A stretch of 64,000 bases of DNA from Candidatus Latescibacterota bacterium. Lineage in GTDB: Bacteria > Latescibacterota > UBA2968. Location of the stretch: assembly GCA_965222605.1 (NCBI GenBank), contig OZ244960.1:5376001-5440000 (forward strand), read 5' to 3'. Below, one piece after another: positions 39,461-49,077 of this stretch (the first letter of the stretch is position 1; each line of letters begins with the position of its first letter). A model generated the notes under the pieces. It did not search any database, was not told the DNA's origin, and was given only the letters and a program-made list of their open reading frames with translations. A program made the position numbers and the translations under genes.

Positions 39461-40366
39461 TCAATTCAAGTGGTTGTCCAAGAATCCCAATACTCTCGCT
39501 AAGGCGGCTTTCACTTGGGGGTCCCACCAACGTCCGTCGAATCCGTGGCCGCCGCCCTCGATCGTGACCATCTCGTGGTCTACGCCCGCCTCCTTCAGGC
39601 GGTTCTGCATACGCACCGACAGTTCGTACGGAACGTCTGTGTCGTCTGTCCCGTGTAGCAGCAGCGTTGGCGGATAGTTCGCATTGACGTTCTGATCTGG
39701 GCAGTACGGGGTGAAAAACGCGGGATCCTTCGCAGGATCGAAGCCGCTGACCTCGATCGGCCAGATGCCCTGCTGCCGCGTGTACCGATAGAACGTGCCT
39801 GGACGTCTGCCTTCCGAAATCGCTCTCGGCTCGACCTGCTCCATCGCCTCTTCGCGCCCGATGTGCCGCTGCTCCAAGTAGAACGGGGACGGTTTTGTAT
39901 ACCACGAACCGATCAGATCTCCATATCCATAGAAGGACACCAGGGCCCCAGGCTTCGAATCGAACGTGCCCATCATCAACGCCAGGTAACCGCCCGCGGA
40001 ATGTCCGACCGCGCCAATTCGCGCAGGATCGACACCGAGTTCATCTGCGTTCGACCGAATCCACCCAAACGCATCGCGGACGTCTGCTATGATCTCTGGT
40101 AGTTTGGTCTCAGGGGCGAGCCGGTAGCTGATCGAGATGACCTTGTATCCCGCATCCACGTAGCGAGCCGCGTGGCCCTGACCGGCTTCTCGACTACCCA
40201 TTATGAGTGCACCACCGTGAATCCACACTACGGCGGGGGATATTTTGGCCATCGCTTCTGACGAATACACGTCGAGATGGATGTCGCAGTCTGTCGTCTT
40301 CTTGAAGGCGTAGGTTCGGCGCAGGAGTGTGAAAATGGGTTCCGGCAAAGTATCCTCTCCAATCAT
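39461..40366 (-). CDS. Alpha/beta hydrolase (esterase)
   Basis: HGGA, YRLAPE, GHSAGG, HGTDD, GHGF. Confidence 0.93.
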   Translation of the reverse strand: MIGEDTLPEPIFTLLRRTYAFKKTTDCDIHLDVYSSEAMAKISPAVVWIHGGALIMGSREAGQGHAARYVDAGYKVISISYRLAPETKLPEIIADVRDAFGWIRSNADELGVDPARIGAVGHSAGGYLALMMGTFDSKPGALVSFYGYGDLIGSWYTKPSPFYLEQRHIGREEAMEQVEPRAISEGRRPGTFYRYTRQQGIWPIEVSGFDPAKDPAFFTPYCPDQNVNANYPPTLLLHGTDDTDVPYELSVRMQNRLKEAGVDHEMVTIEGGGHGFDGRWWDPQVKAALARVLGFLDNHLN

Positions 40367-40387
40367 CTTAGAAATCGTTCAATGTTA

Positions 40388-40993
40388 TTAAAGAAGCCCC
40401 AGATGATTCAGCTTCTGCCGAAGACCGTCGGCTCCAGCATAGGTGTGTCCGGCTATACCCAATCTGGTCGCCGCTGCTACATGCCCGGCGTTGTCGTCTA
40501 TGAACAGAGCCTGCCCTGGAGTTGCTGCCACGGTATCCAGGGCTGCGAAGTAGATGCCGGGATCGGGTTTTGCAGACCCCACCTCTGAGGAGTTGACGAT
40601 GTAGTCGAAATTTTCGGTGATGCCCAATCGCCGAAGATCTGAGGGTAATCTCGACGTCGCATTGCTGATGAGGACTAAGTGTGCCCTCTTTCGACAAGCC
40701 TGTAAGATCCCCAGAACCTCCAAATCGACTTCTCCTGGCGATACGGACCAGATCGCAACCGCGCGCTTCGCGTTGGCTTTCGAGAAGCCCTTGCTGAGCA
40801 GGTCCGCAGTTCTCCCACGCCACTCTTCGTCAGATATTTGGCCTGTGATCACCAGGGGGAGCAAGTCATCTGAAAACGCAGCCCTGGGGATGGCTCCCTC
40901 GGGAAGCCCGGTTGCTCGCTCAGCCTTCCGGTGTATTTCAGGGGACCAGATGCGAATCACCCCGTCGAGGTCTGTCAAGATTGCGTTCGTCAT
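40388..40993 (-). CDS. HAD-IA family hydrolase
   Basis: DLDGV, SNA, KPDP, FIDD. Confidence 0.92.
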   Translation of the reverse strand: MTNAILTDLDGVIRIWSPEIHRKAERATGLPEGAIPRAAFSDDLLPLVITGQISDEEWRGRTADLLSKGFSKANAKRAVAIWSVSPGEVDLEVLGILQACRKRAHLVLISNATSRLPSDLRRLGITENFDYIVNSSEVGSAKPDPGIYFAALDTVAATPGQALFIDDNAGHVAAATRLGIAGHTYAGADGLRQKLNHLGLL

Positions 40994-41000
40994 TTAGGTT

Positions 41001-41160
41001 TTACGTTTCTTTTCTCGCAGCGATGTACGGCAATTCTGAAATAGTAGGGTGGGGACCTTGCATTTCCGAAAGGTCATCGATTGATGCCCTCGTCTTGATG
41101 GCCATCGCTATGGCCGCGAGGGAATCAGCGGCATTCCTTCCAACAGCTAATCCTCCGGAC
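41001..41160 (-). pseudogene. C-terminal remnant of a pyridine nucleotide-disulfide oxidoreductase
   Basis: AMAIKTRASIDDL...PHPTISE dimerisation-domain motif only. Confidence 0.8.
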
Positions 41161-41164
41161 CTCT

Positions 41165-42379
41165 TCACAAAAGATTCCCTTGTGCGCAGGAGTTGTGACC
41201 TATCACCGTGATCGGCTCGGTCATTCCTATACAAACATTGCCACTCACAAGGTTCCAGTCACTGTGGCCACTCTCGATGATGCCCCGCGTCTGGCACGGT
41301 GTGTCCCCCCCAACCGTCGGAGATTTGTCAGCATCATCGGCGCAATGGTTGCCCTGGACAAGAAACCTTTTGGCATTATGCAGGCGCAGGGCGGGATAAG
41401 CTCCTGGCTTCTTCCAGGAATTGCTACGGAGGATGTTCCCGACGATCACATGTTCCACGCCATTGCTTGCGTTAATGCCCCACTTGCCATTCTCTGAGCA
41501 CACATTGTTGCTGATGATGTTGTGATGATCCTCCCCATGCCCCACGCCGCCGATGCCACTGTAGTCGTTGCCTGTGAACACACTGTCGCTACATATAGAG
41601 TCGCGCACATGGCCGCAGAAGTACAGACCGTCTCCGCCGTTTCCAATGGCGATGTTGTGTGACCAAATGCTGCGTTCTATACCAGTGCCGGGATGGTATC
41701 CGTGTCCGCGACAAAAGCGAACCTGACAGTGGGTGACCTGCACATCCGAGCCGCCCTGCACGCTGATGCCGTCACTCGACCAGTCGATGACCGTTACATT
41801 TTGGATGCGTACACCTCTACAGCGGACAATGTGTACAGCGCTGTAAGTAAAGTCTTGCCACCAGCGCCCTTTGGGATCTCTTGACCCGCGTAGCGTCAGA
41901 TTGTACAAGCTCACGTCATCTCTACTGACAGCGGTAATGCCCGGGAAGAGGCCGACGATCTGGGCTCCCTCTTTCACCCTCAAGCCCCTGTTCAGTGGCT
42001 CGCTCAAGCGAACGAGGTTGCCCTTTACCGACCTCACCAGCGCGTGGGTCCCATCCCACCATTGGCGAGGACGGTCGTTCAGCCCGACGCCATCGTCTGA
42101 GACGAAGGGCACTCGCCCACGTAAGTGGACGCTGCGGGAACCTTTGCGTACATCTCGAATCAGGAACAGCGCTCTGGGAGCAGCTATCGTCAGCTCAGTA
42201 GCTGATCCCTCGCCGATGAGGCTCACGCCACTTCGAAGGACAATCGACTGACGTAGCCGCCATTTGCCTGCCGGAATCCGGACGCTCCCACCTCGCTCGC
42301 CAAGGGCGTCAATCGCCTCCTGAATCCCCGAGGTAGCCGAATCCTGATCGAGAGATGCCATGATTACTTCGCTCATCAT
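41165..42379 (-). CDS. Right-handed parallel beta-helix protein
   Basis: IQEAIDAL..GG.V.IPAG, repeated N...GI motifs. Confidence 0.85.
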   Translation of the reverse strand: MMSEVIMASLDQDSATSGIQEAIDALGERGGSVRIPAGKWRLRQSIVLRSGVSLIGEGSATELTIAAPRALFLIRDVRKGSRSVHLRGRVPFVSDDGVGLNDRPRQWWDGTHALVRSVKGNLVRLSEPLNRGLRVKEGAQIVGLFPGITAVSRDDVSLYNLTLRGSRDPKGRWWQDFTYSAVHIVRCRGVRIQNVTVIDWSSDGISVQGGSDVQVTHCQVRFCRGHGYHPGTGIERSIWSHNIAIGNGGDGLYFCGHVRDSICSDSVFTGNDYSGIGGVGHGEDHHNIISNNVCSENGKWGINASNGVEHVIVGNILRSNSWKKPGAYPALRLHNAKRFLVQGNHCADDADKSPTVGGDTPCQTRGIIESGHSDWNLVSGNVCIGMTEPITVIGHNSCAQGNLL

Positions 42380-42456
42380 AGGCTTTCAATACCTTTCATC
42401 AAGGCGTGTAGCTGTTATCGGCTGTGGACAAAGAATGCTGTAGCCTCACGGGTCCT

Positions 42457-43350
42457 TTATTTATTGAGCATACTATACAGGCGTGGGATCTGTTCGACCA
42501 GGATTTCTGCCCTGGTCATCTTTTCCCACACGTCGCCGACTCCACCATATTCGAATGTCACAATCCACGGTCGCCCCCACGTACCATTGTTAATCTGATC
42601 TATCACCCATGCCAAGAACGACCAGTCATCGTGCCCCATTGGCATGTGATCCACCAAACGGCCCTCGACGCGCTGGATAATTGCTTCATCCACTCCTATC
42701 TGGCGTGCCATCTCTATGTAGGTTCCTTCAATCCGGTGGATGCCAGTGATATGAAGTTCTTCGATGTGTTGGACTGGCAAGTCTGTAATATACTCACGTG
42801 CGTCGATACCCAAATAGTCGGCAGCCAGGCGAGCATGAGATACATCTAAAAGCAACCCACAACCCGTCTCCGCTACTATCTGACAAATGACTTCTGATAA
42901 GAACGCTGGACGTAATACGTTGTGTGTTCTTCCATCGAAATCGTTCTCAACAACTACCCGCTCTGCTCCAAAACGCCGGACTACGGCACTCACATCCCGG
43001 ATCATATTATCTCTCAGCATTTCGATATGTATCGGATCCGTGGTATTGGCCGATACTTCTGGGTAATCAGTATCTTCTGGTGCCAGATGCAGGTTTATAA
43101 AAGGTGTGTCTGTTTGTTCCATTAGACCTTCGACCTGATCCCACTTGGCTGGCTGATTGGTATGGGGATTCACTGCATCAGAGATACCCAGGCCTACCTT
43201 AAGTGGAAAGTGTAGGTAAACGGGGTGACTTTCTTGAATCGTTGTAATTTGGTCAAACAAATGGTCAGAACACTTGAAACGTTCGAAGGCAATCTGCTGC
43301 TGCCGCAGCAACTCTGCCGCTTGGATAGAATAATTTACAGCAAGTTTCAT
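42457..43350 (-). CDS. DUF692-family (multinuclear non-heme iron) protein
   Basis: VVEN, LLLDVSHA, ELHITG, DH, FEYG. Confidence 0.75.
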   Translation of the reverse strand: MKLAVNYSIQAAELLRQQQIAFERFKCSDHLFDQITTIQESHPVYLHFPLKVGLGISDAVNPHTNQPAKWDQVEGLMEQTDTPFINLHLAPEDTDYPEVSANTTDPIHIEMLRDNMIRDVSAVVRRFGAERVVVENDFDGRTHNVLRPAFLSEVICQIVAETGCGLLLDVSHARLAADYLGIDAREYITDLPVQHIEELHITGIHRIEGTYIEMARQIGVDEAIIQRVEGRLVDHMPMGHDDWSFLAWVIDQINNGTWGRPWIVTFEYGGVGDVWEKMTRAEILVEQIPRLYSMLNK

Positions 43351-43438
43351 AGCTGTCTCTCCAGCAATAATTCTGATTCGCTACCTAAATGTGTAAATAA
43401 ACGAAAGCGATTAGCCTCGGTTTTTTATTTTTTTCCAT

Positions 43439-44239
43439 TTACTTGGTTACCGACCAGTAGGTATTGGTGATATGTGGTGAGCCCACGTAGGGTTTGCCGT
43501 CGTGGCTCCCGTATAATTCCCACTGGTCAAATCCACTCAACCGTAGTAGCAACTGAAATTCCTTCTTGTGAATCCATCGAGCTTGCATTGGCACTTTGGC
43601 CGTCTCCCCGTCATACTCAAAGGTCCAAGTGTAGGTTTCCGTCTGCGATGTCAGGTCACATATTTTCGAGTAATTAACCCGAATCGGCTTCCCCGTCTCG
43701 GGGTGCATGCACTCACCGAACTCCTCCTCTGCTGGCGGGGTGTCTTGGTGAAGGAGTATGTCTTCTGTGTAGGAAGGAATGTAGAAGTTCAGGAGTAGGC
43801 GTCCTCCTGGCTGCAAATGCTCATAGACACGTCGAAGGCAGTTAATTTGGCTTTGCTGAGTCGGCAGCATCATGAAGGAACTGGCAGGTATGAGAACCGC
43901 TGCAAATTGGCGGTCATAGATAAAATCGGCAAGATCGTGTTGTGAGATTCGAGAATCTATATCTGAAATTCCCAAATCTATTGCCTTGTATCTGAGCACT
44001 TCCAACATGGGAAGCGAAACATCAAACCCAAAGATATCAAACCCATCCAGAAGCAGAGGCAGCATTTTACAACCCGTTCCACAGGCAGCCTCCAATATCG
44101 AACCACGCGTGTTCTGCAATTGATTTCGGTAAAAGTGTAACTCCCGTTCATTTAGTGCAGAGCGGCCACCAGTCTCGTTCCATTGATCATAGATTAGTGC
44201 CCACCAACGGGTATCATAGTTACTTCCAGTCTCTTGCAT
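43439..44239 (-). CDS. Class I SAM-dependent methyltransferase
   Basis: ILEAACGTG, HLQPGG. Confidence 0.9.
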   Translation of the reverse strand: MQETGSNYDTRWWALIYDQWNETGGRSALNERELHFYRNQLQNTRGSILEAACGTGCKMLPLLLDGFDIFGFDVSLPMLEVLRYKAIDLGISDIDSRISQHDLADFIYDRQFAAVLIPASSFMMLPTQQSQINCLRRVYEHLQPGGRLLLNFYIPSYTEDILLHQDTPPAEEEFGECMHPETGKPIRVNYSKICDLTSQTETYTWTFEYDGETAKVPMQARWIHKKEFQLLLRLSGFDQWELYGSHDGKPYVGSPHITNTYWSVTK

Positions 44240-44306
44240 GAGTACCCCTATGCAAAGATAGGTTTGGCTTTTTCTTTGTGAACCCGCATAGAAAGGCCAC
44301 TTTGAA

Positions 44307-44831
44307 TTACGTTTGGAGCCTTTGAAAGGCTTTAAGAGTTGATGAATCAGTGACTATTTCCCTTGCGGCTTCAATAGTCAACCATTTGGTAGCATAGAAT
44401 TCCTGTAGATCAATGTTGAAATTGCTGCCATCTGTAAGAAGCAAATACCAGATGTCATAATGAGACTGACAAGGTTGCACAGGATTTTCTATTGGTGTAA
44501 TGGTAAACAAAAACGGTTGTGGTTCGGATTTGAAAAAGCTCCATATTCCCAATTCTTCACCTATCTCACGGTTCAAAGCTGCCAAAAGCGTCTCGTCTTT
44601 ATCTATATGACCACCAGGAGAAAGCCAAAGGCCAGACTTTTTATGGTGGATGACAAATACCTTTTTGCTCTGGGAATCATAGGGCAGAAAATAGACACAA
44701 AAGTGGGTCTCCGGATTTTCATCTCGCGTTGGTTTTCCTTCTTTCACTCTTTGTTTATAGCGACTATAGGTTTTCCCATTGTCACATATATCATGGTCGA
44801 TAACTTTTGCAATTGATTCTTGTGTTTTCAT
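44307..44831 (-). CDS. NUDIX hydrolase
   Basis: WLSPGGHID..E...A..REIGEELG. Confidence 0.9.
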   Translation of the reverse strand: MKTQESIAKVIDHDICDNGKTYSRYKQRVKEGKPTRDENPETHFCVYFLPYDSQSKKVFVIHHKKSGLWLSPGGHIDKDETLLAALNREIGEELGIWSFFKSEPQPFLFTITPIENPVQPCQSHYDIWYLLLTDGSNFNIDLQEFYATKWLTIEAAREIVTDSSTLKAFQRLQT

Positions 44832-45123
44832 AGCGGCTTTTCGGGTAGGTTCCGTTGAGCAACGTGTTAGAAGAAGCAGTGTCGATTAAATCCTTCTAAT
44901 TCGTTAGTGATATGTGCAAGAATCGTTGCTCGAAAGGGCACTGAAACGGATTGAATGGAGCCGTCATCCCTGCTTCTTTTTTCATGCCCTGTGCATACGC
45001 TAAAGAGTGACCATCATCTAAAAAACAACCTGCGCGCATAACCGCGCTGTTATACGCTGGCAGAAATCCAACCCTACTGGTTTAACTCATCTTTCAATTC
45101 CATTCGGATGAATAAGCACTGTT

Positions 45124-46236
45124 GTTATGCGTTGTGGGCTTCTCAATCAGGTTCGACTGCATTCTCCAAAATGGTAAATTTGCGCCAATCAGAGTCGATT
45201 TCTGCTTGAATTCTATACGGAAGAACGAACATCGGATCTGTGTGCCCGAAATCCATCTGCGTAATTATGGGGAGCGAAGTCAATCCTTCCTCGTCAGCGA
45301 CTATCTGAAGTATGGCATCGTCATAAGCATGAAACGAATCAGGCGACAACTCGTGGCCACCTGGTCTTCCAAAGAGAATCCCACTCAAAGATGGAAGAAT
45401 ATCCATCGCAGCAAGAGACCGGAAAAACCTGGTTACCGTACTTGGCGGCGGTGTTTCTTCAGACGTTTCGATAAAGAGTATCGCGCCTTCCCACACTTCC
45501 TTGTTAGGCCAAACGTCTGTACTTCTTATCCAGTCGAGAACTTCGAGGCAACCACCTATGAGGTGTCCTTCCGCTTGCCCTTCTCCCTGGAGATACTGCC
45601 AACCCGCAGAGCCTTGAAGGATCCTCTTTCTTTTTTGATTCGCAGGATTTGCCCAGTCAAGACGTTCGACGGTCCAGCCATCTCGATTCTCCGGTATTTC
45701 ACCAATATTTCCAGAATCAAATAAGGTCCGTCTAACGGAGTTCACCATGTAGGGAAACAACCCACCGTTCTCGGCAAATCCCGCCATAATTGCTGGACCA
45801 TAAAAGGAGACAATGCCCGCCTTTAGGCACGCAAAGTGGGAAACGGTCGTATCGGAATATCCCACGAAGGGCTTCGGATTATTCCTGATAAGATCAAGGT
45901 CTAGGTGACGAAGAATTCTAATCGAGTCATCGCCGCCAATAGTCGATATAATTCCTTTGATTTCTGAGTTTGAAAAGGCTTCCATCAAGTCATCCGCACG
46001 CGCTTTTGGATTCTCAAAGAGCCATTTTGGCTCTCTGAGTGTATGAGGCATCTCGATCACGACTAGGCCAAATGCTTCTTCCAGTTGCTTTTTTCCAGCT
46101 TCATATCGATGTGGAATTAGCCCCGGTCCACCCCATGACAGAGATACAGTGGCTACCTTATCTCCCTCTTGAAGCTTTGGTGGTTTAGTAAGCGATGGTT
46201 TCATTTTAGTAAATGGCGACTCCCGTTACGCATAAC
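45124..46236 (-). mobile_element. Integron gene cassette carrying the S66 peptidase, bounded by complementary attC core sites
   Basis: Minus-strand AAAAC-GTTATGCGT (46228-46241) before the gene and the exact complement ACGCATAAC (45124-45132) 11 bp after its stop. Confidence 0.75.
45143..46204 (-). CDS. S66 peptidase (LD-carboxypeptidase/MccF-like)
   Basis: STIGGDDS, GYSDTT, FYGP, GG.LE, FIETSE, DFGHTDP. Confidence 0.93.
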   Translation of the reverse strand: MKPSLTKPPKLQEGDKVATVSLSWGGPGLIPHRYEAGKKQLEEAFGLVVIEMPHTLREPKWLFENPKARADDLMEAFSNSEIKGIISTIGGDDSIRILRHLDLDLIRNNPKPFVGYSDTTVSHFACLKAGIVSFYGPAIMAGFAENGGLFPYMVNSVRRTLFDSGNIGEIPENRDGWTVERLDWANPANQKRKRILQGSAGWQYLQGEGQAEGHLIGGCLEVLDWIRSTDVWPNKEVWEGAILFIETSEETPPPSTVTRFFRSLAAMDILPSLSGILFGRPGGHELSPDSFHAYDDAILQIVADEEGLTSLPIITQMDFGHTDPMFVLPYRIQAEIDSDWRKFTILENAVEPD

Positions 46237-46372
46237 GTTTTCCGGTTTGCGAATCCGCGAAGCGGGTTGCCGAAGGGCAAGCAGCACAGCACGCACCGTC
46301 CCCCTAATTGTCTTTTATTTTTAACGCCGGGAATCTAATGGATTCGCCACTGATGTCAATCAGATACGAAGT

Positions 46373-46477
46373 TGGCAGAGGGTGTGGGAATCGAACCCAT
46401 ATACGAGATATCCTACAGGATACTCGTAGCCCTCGGTTTGGAAGCCTCGGGGCCGACACCATCGGCTCTCACCCCCT
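46373..46477 (-). tRNA. Non-canonical 8/4 tRNA (allo-tRNA-like) with long variable arm and anticodon loop CUUCCAAA
   Basis: Acceptor AGGGGGTG/CACCCTCT (8 bp)+G+CCA; T arm TGGG-TTCGATT-CCCA (4 bp); D arm GCCGA-TGGTG-TCGGC; anticodon arm CCCGAGG/CCGAGGG; 11-bp variable arm. Confidence 0.85.
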
Positions 46478-46598
46478 GCTCAATAATTCGACGATATCAT
46501 AAAATGGAATGTTTCGGCTGGGATAGGGAAGACTACACATTGTTCTTTTTGAAGTGCATCGACCGGGTTTTTCGTCGCTGCGATGAGGACTGACTTGC

Positions 46599-47861
46599 CT
46601 ATTCTGTCACAACCGCTTCAGGTGGGACACGAACTGATGACAATATCAAGTAGGTAAAGGCCATCATCATTACAGCAGCTGAAATCAATAGTGTTGCCTC
46701 CCAGCCAAAAGTTTCACCAAGGTAGCCACCTGACAACGCCGCAATCGGAATTATTCCGAATACGACAAGACGCCTGGTGGCATTAATTCTACCTAACAGT
46801 CTATCCGGAGTCACTGCTTGCCTCAGGCTAACTTGGCTTATGCTAAAGAGGGTCAACGCCAGGCTAAAGACTGCTTGGATAGCAATGACGGCAGGGAGCT
46901 TCATCCAACCGAAGTAGCCTGCAAAAGGAAGCACTCCCATCGCAATCCCCTCAAGTAGCGACGCAATGATCAACAACCAGCCTGCACCCATCCGCTTTGC
47001 AAGTGGAACAGCGGATAGGGCCCCGATAATCGAGGCACCTCCTGCAACAGATCCGATGATTCCCAGCCAGATCGGAGTAATGTCCAGGGTGCGAATAAGA
47101 AAAAGTGTCCAAACTGTATGTTGTACAGCACCTGCTGCACTTGCGAGAGCCGTCCCGATAGTCATGGCTCTCAGAATAGGGTGACTAAATAGGATCGATA
47201 TTCCCTCCTTGATGGCAGCTATCACCCCCTGGTCCATCCTGGTCTTGATATCATCAGATTCATCAAATCGGATCCTCGATAGGAGCAGACCAGATAAAAA
47301 GTACGAAACTGAATCCACAAGTATTGCCAACGGCGCACCCAGAATGTCCACAAGGTATCCAGCTGCTCCGGGTCCTGCTACATTCGTTGTTGAAGTGCTT
47401 AGCTGAAGTCGGGCATTCCCCTCGACCAGATCTTCCCGTTTCACGATGGAAGGCAAAAACGATGTCGAGGCAAGGACGTACATCATCGCGAGTGTACCAC
47501 CTGTAAAAGCCACAATATATAGCAACTCTATGGATAGCCAGCCAAACAAAGCTGCTGCAGGGACCAGACTTATGACCAATCCTTGTCCGAACGCACTCGC
47601 GACCAGTATGGGCTTTCGTTTGGCCCGATCAATCCAGACACCAGCCAAGAGTGCAAAGAGAAGTACTGGAAGATGCCATGACGCGTTGAGGAATCCCATT
47701 TCCTTCGCGCCAACCTGAAGAGTTATCACTGCAACAAGGGGGAGGGCAAGGTTGGTGACAGAAGAACCAAGATCCGAAATAGTGACTCCGCTCCAGAGCT
47801 TGGCAAAGTCAGAATTGGAGCACGCCAGCCGAAAGAGGCCGCCCTCAGATGCTCTATTCAT
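46599..47861 (-). CDS. MFS transporter (MFS_3-like efflux)
   Basis: AGVWIDR, 12 hydrophobic segments, RQAVTPDRLLGR. Confidence 0.92.
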   Translation of the reverse strand: MNRASEGGLFRLACSNSDFAKLWSGVTISDLGSSVTNLALPLVAVITLQVGAKEMGFLNASWHLPVLLFALLAGVWIDRAKRKPILVASAFGQGLVISLVPAAALFGWLSIELLYIVAFTGGTLAMMYVLASTSFLPSIVKREDLVEGNARLQLSTSTTNVAGPGAAGYLVDILGAPLAILVDSVSYFLSGLLLSRIRFDESDDIKTRMDQGVIAAIKEGISILFSHPILRAMTIGTALASAAGAVQHTVWTLFLIRTLDITPIWLGIIGSVAGGASIIGALSAVPLAKRMGAGWLLIIASLLEGIAMGVLPFAGYFGWMKLPAVIAIQAVFSLALTLFSISQVSLRQAVTPDRLLGRINATRRLVVFGIIPIAALSGGYLGETFGWEATLLISAAVMMMAFTYLILSSVRVPPEAVVTE

Positions 47862-47929
47862 TCGAAATATCCTCTATATGGTGGTTCGTCTGTTTAGTTT
47901 TTGTGGGCAATGAAACCCATCTGGTTTTT

Positions 47930-48475
47930 CTATAAGATAGTCCGTGCAATCCGAATAGAACCTTCCAAAAGAATCTCTCTGTGTTCGTCTTTCCTCTCGG
48001 TTCTCCAGTATTCTCGTGCCCTCTCAAACATTGATTCGAGAGTTTCAGACTCTTCAAAATAGCTTATGAGATCCATATTCGCAGCAAACACACGAGAGCA
48101 ATCAACAATCTCAACTTCGTAGAGTTCAGCGTCTGCTCTTTTCGAATTGAACCGTCTGGCAACACTCTCGTCTGTCCAGAGGAAGAGGCAATCAAATCGA
48201 CTTGGTCTATATGGAAACTCTCTGAGGCGCACCGCCTCCCAGGCGACTTCCAACAGGACACTTCCCGTTGAGGCCGCATCTGGAACCGTCACGGTGAGAG
48301 GACTGGTTTGCACTTTGATCAGGGTTTGGCGCATCAGATGGTCTTGAAAGTTCCCCGGTTTCACAAGGGTCCCAGAAGAAAGCCCGGACTTCGCTGACCA
48401 AAACAGTAGAGCTTCTCGACCAATATCAAGAGCCATTGTGTTGGGTGCGTCCCTGTAGTGGTTTAGTTTTGCCAC
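47930..48475 (-). CDS. DUF2441-like protein
   Basis: EAVRLREFPYRPSRFDCLF, LYEV, A.EYW, EILLEG. Confidence 0.7.
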   Translation of the reverse strand: MAKLNHYRDAPNTMALDIGREALLFWSAKSGLSSGTLVKPGNFQDHLMRQTLIKVQTSPLTVTVPDAASTGSVLLEVAWEAVRLREFPYRPSRFDCLFLWTDESVARRFNSKRADAELYEVEIVDCSRVFAANMDLISYFEESETLESMFERAREYWRTERKDEHREILLEGSIRIARTIL

Positions 48476-48514
48476 AGCTATGCCTCGCTCTTCTATGTGG
48501 GAAAGACAGCTTGC

Positions 48515-48561
48515 GTGTAACGCCTGCGCCTCGCCTCCGGTAAGCCCTACCTATGTTACGT
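48515..48561 (-). repeat. Internally shortened attC-like site
   Basis: ACGTAAC overlaps the upstream stop codon, with CAGGC-GTTACAC at the other end; only 47 bp. Confidence 0.5.
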
Positions 48562-48996
48562 CCCGCTGGCGTCGCGCAATTCTCGCTTCTTCACCATCCT
48601 GGATAGCAACGCCGATCCGACAGCTGAGACTGTGCTCAGTAGAGTCACGGAACCGATTATTACGATCCCCCACAGCCACAGCGGGAGTTCGGTATTCGCC
48701 GTCCCGACAACAAAGGGAAGCACGCCCACCAGCAGACCACTCACCGCCCCTCAGGCGCTGACTCGTGAAAGCGACAACTCAGCGAATCTGCGACGGCCCT
48801 CTGCAATCCCAAGCACTGCGGAAAAGACCGCACCGCAAAGGAAGCCCGGATACGCTCCCACCGCCACCCACATTTCCTCCATGGAATCGCTCGGGTCCAC
48901 AATCATCCCTATCAGCACACCAATCGGTGCCCATACCACGGCCCAGGTCAGGGCCATCAAGACTGCACCGCGGATACGTCTCAGCCATGTATTCAT
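48556..48996 (-). pseudogene. Membrane protein with an in-frame TGA at 48751-48753
   Basis: The two ORF-track halves are in the same frame (..LSRVSA*GAVSGLLVG..); probable TGG>TGA change. Confidence 0.75.
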
Positions 48997-49077
48997 TTGA
49001 TACCTCCCTGTGACTTGGATCTTCTCCACCAATCCTAACGATCAGATCTACGTCACGAAAACCGACTGGCAGAGCTT

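Noticed and set aside
44857-44873. TTCTAAC-AC-GTTGCTC as a fully collapsed attC, and similar isolated TAAC/GTTA cores (4199, 10830, 24418, 60541)
   Set aside because: 7-mers this degenerate arise by chance and have no supporting stem.
46373-46477. Calling the tRNA selC (tRNA-Sec) or a standard tRNA-Gly/Trp
   Set aside because: The T stem is 4 bp rather than 5, the loop is not CUUCAAA, there are no sel genes nearby, and the 8-bp acceptor and long variable arm do not fit Gly or Trp tRNAs.
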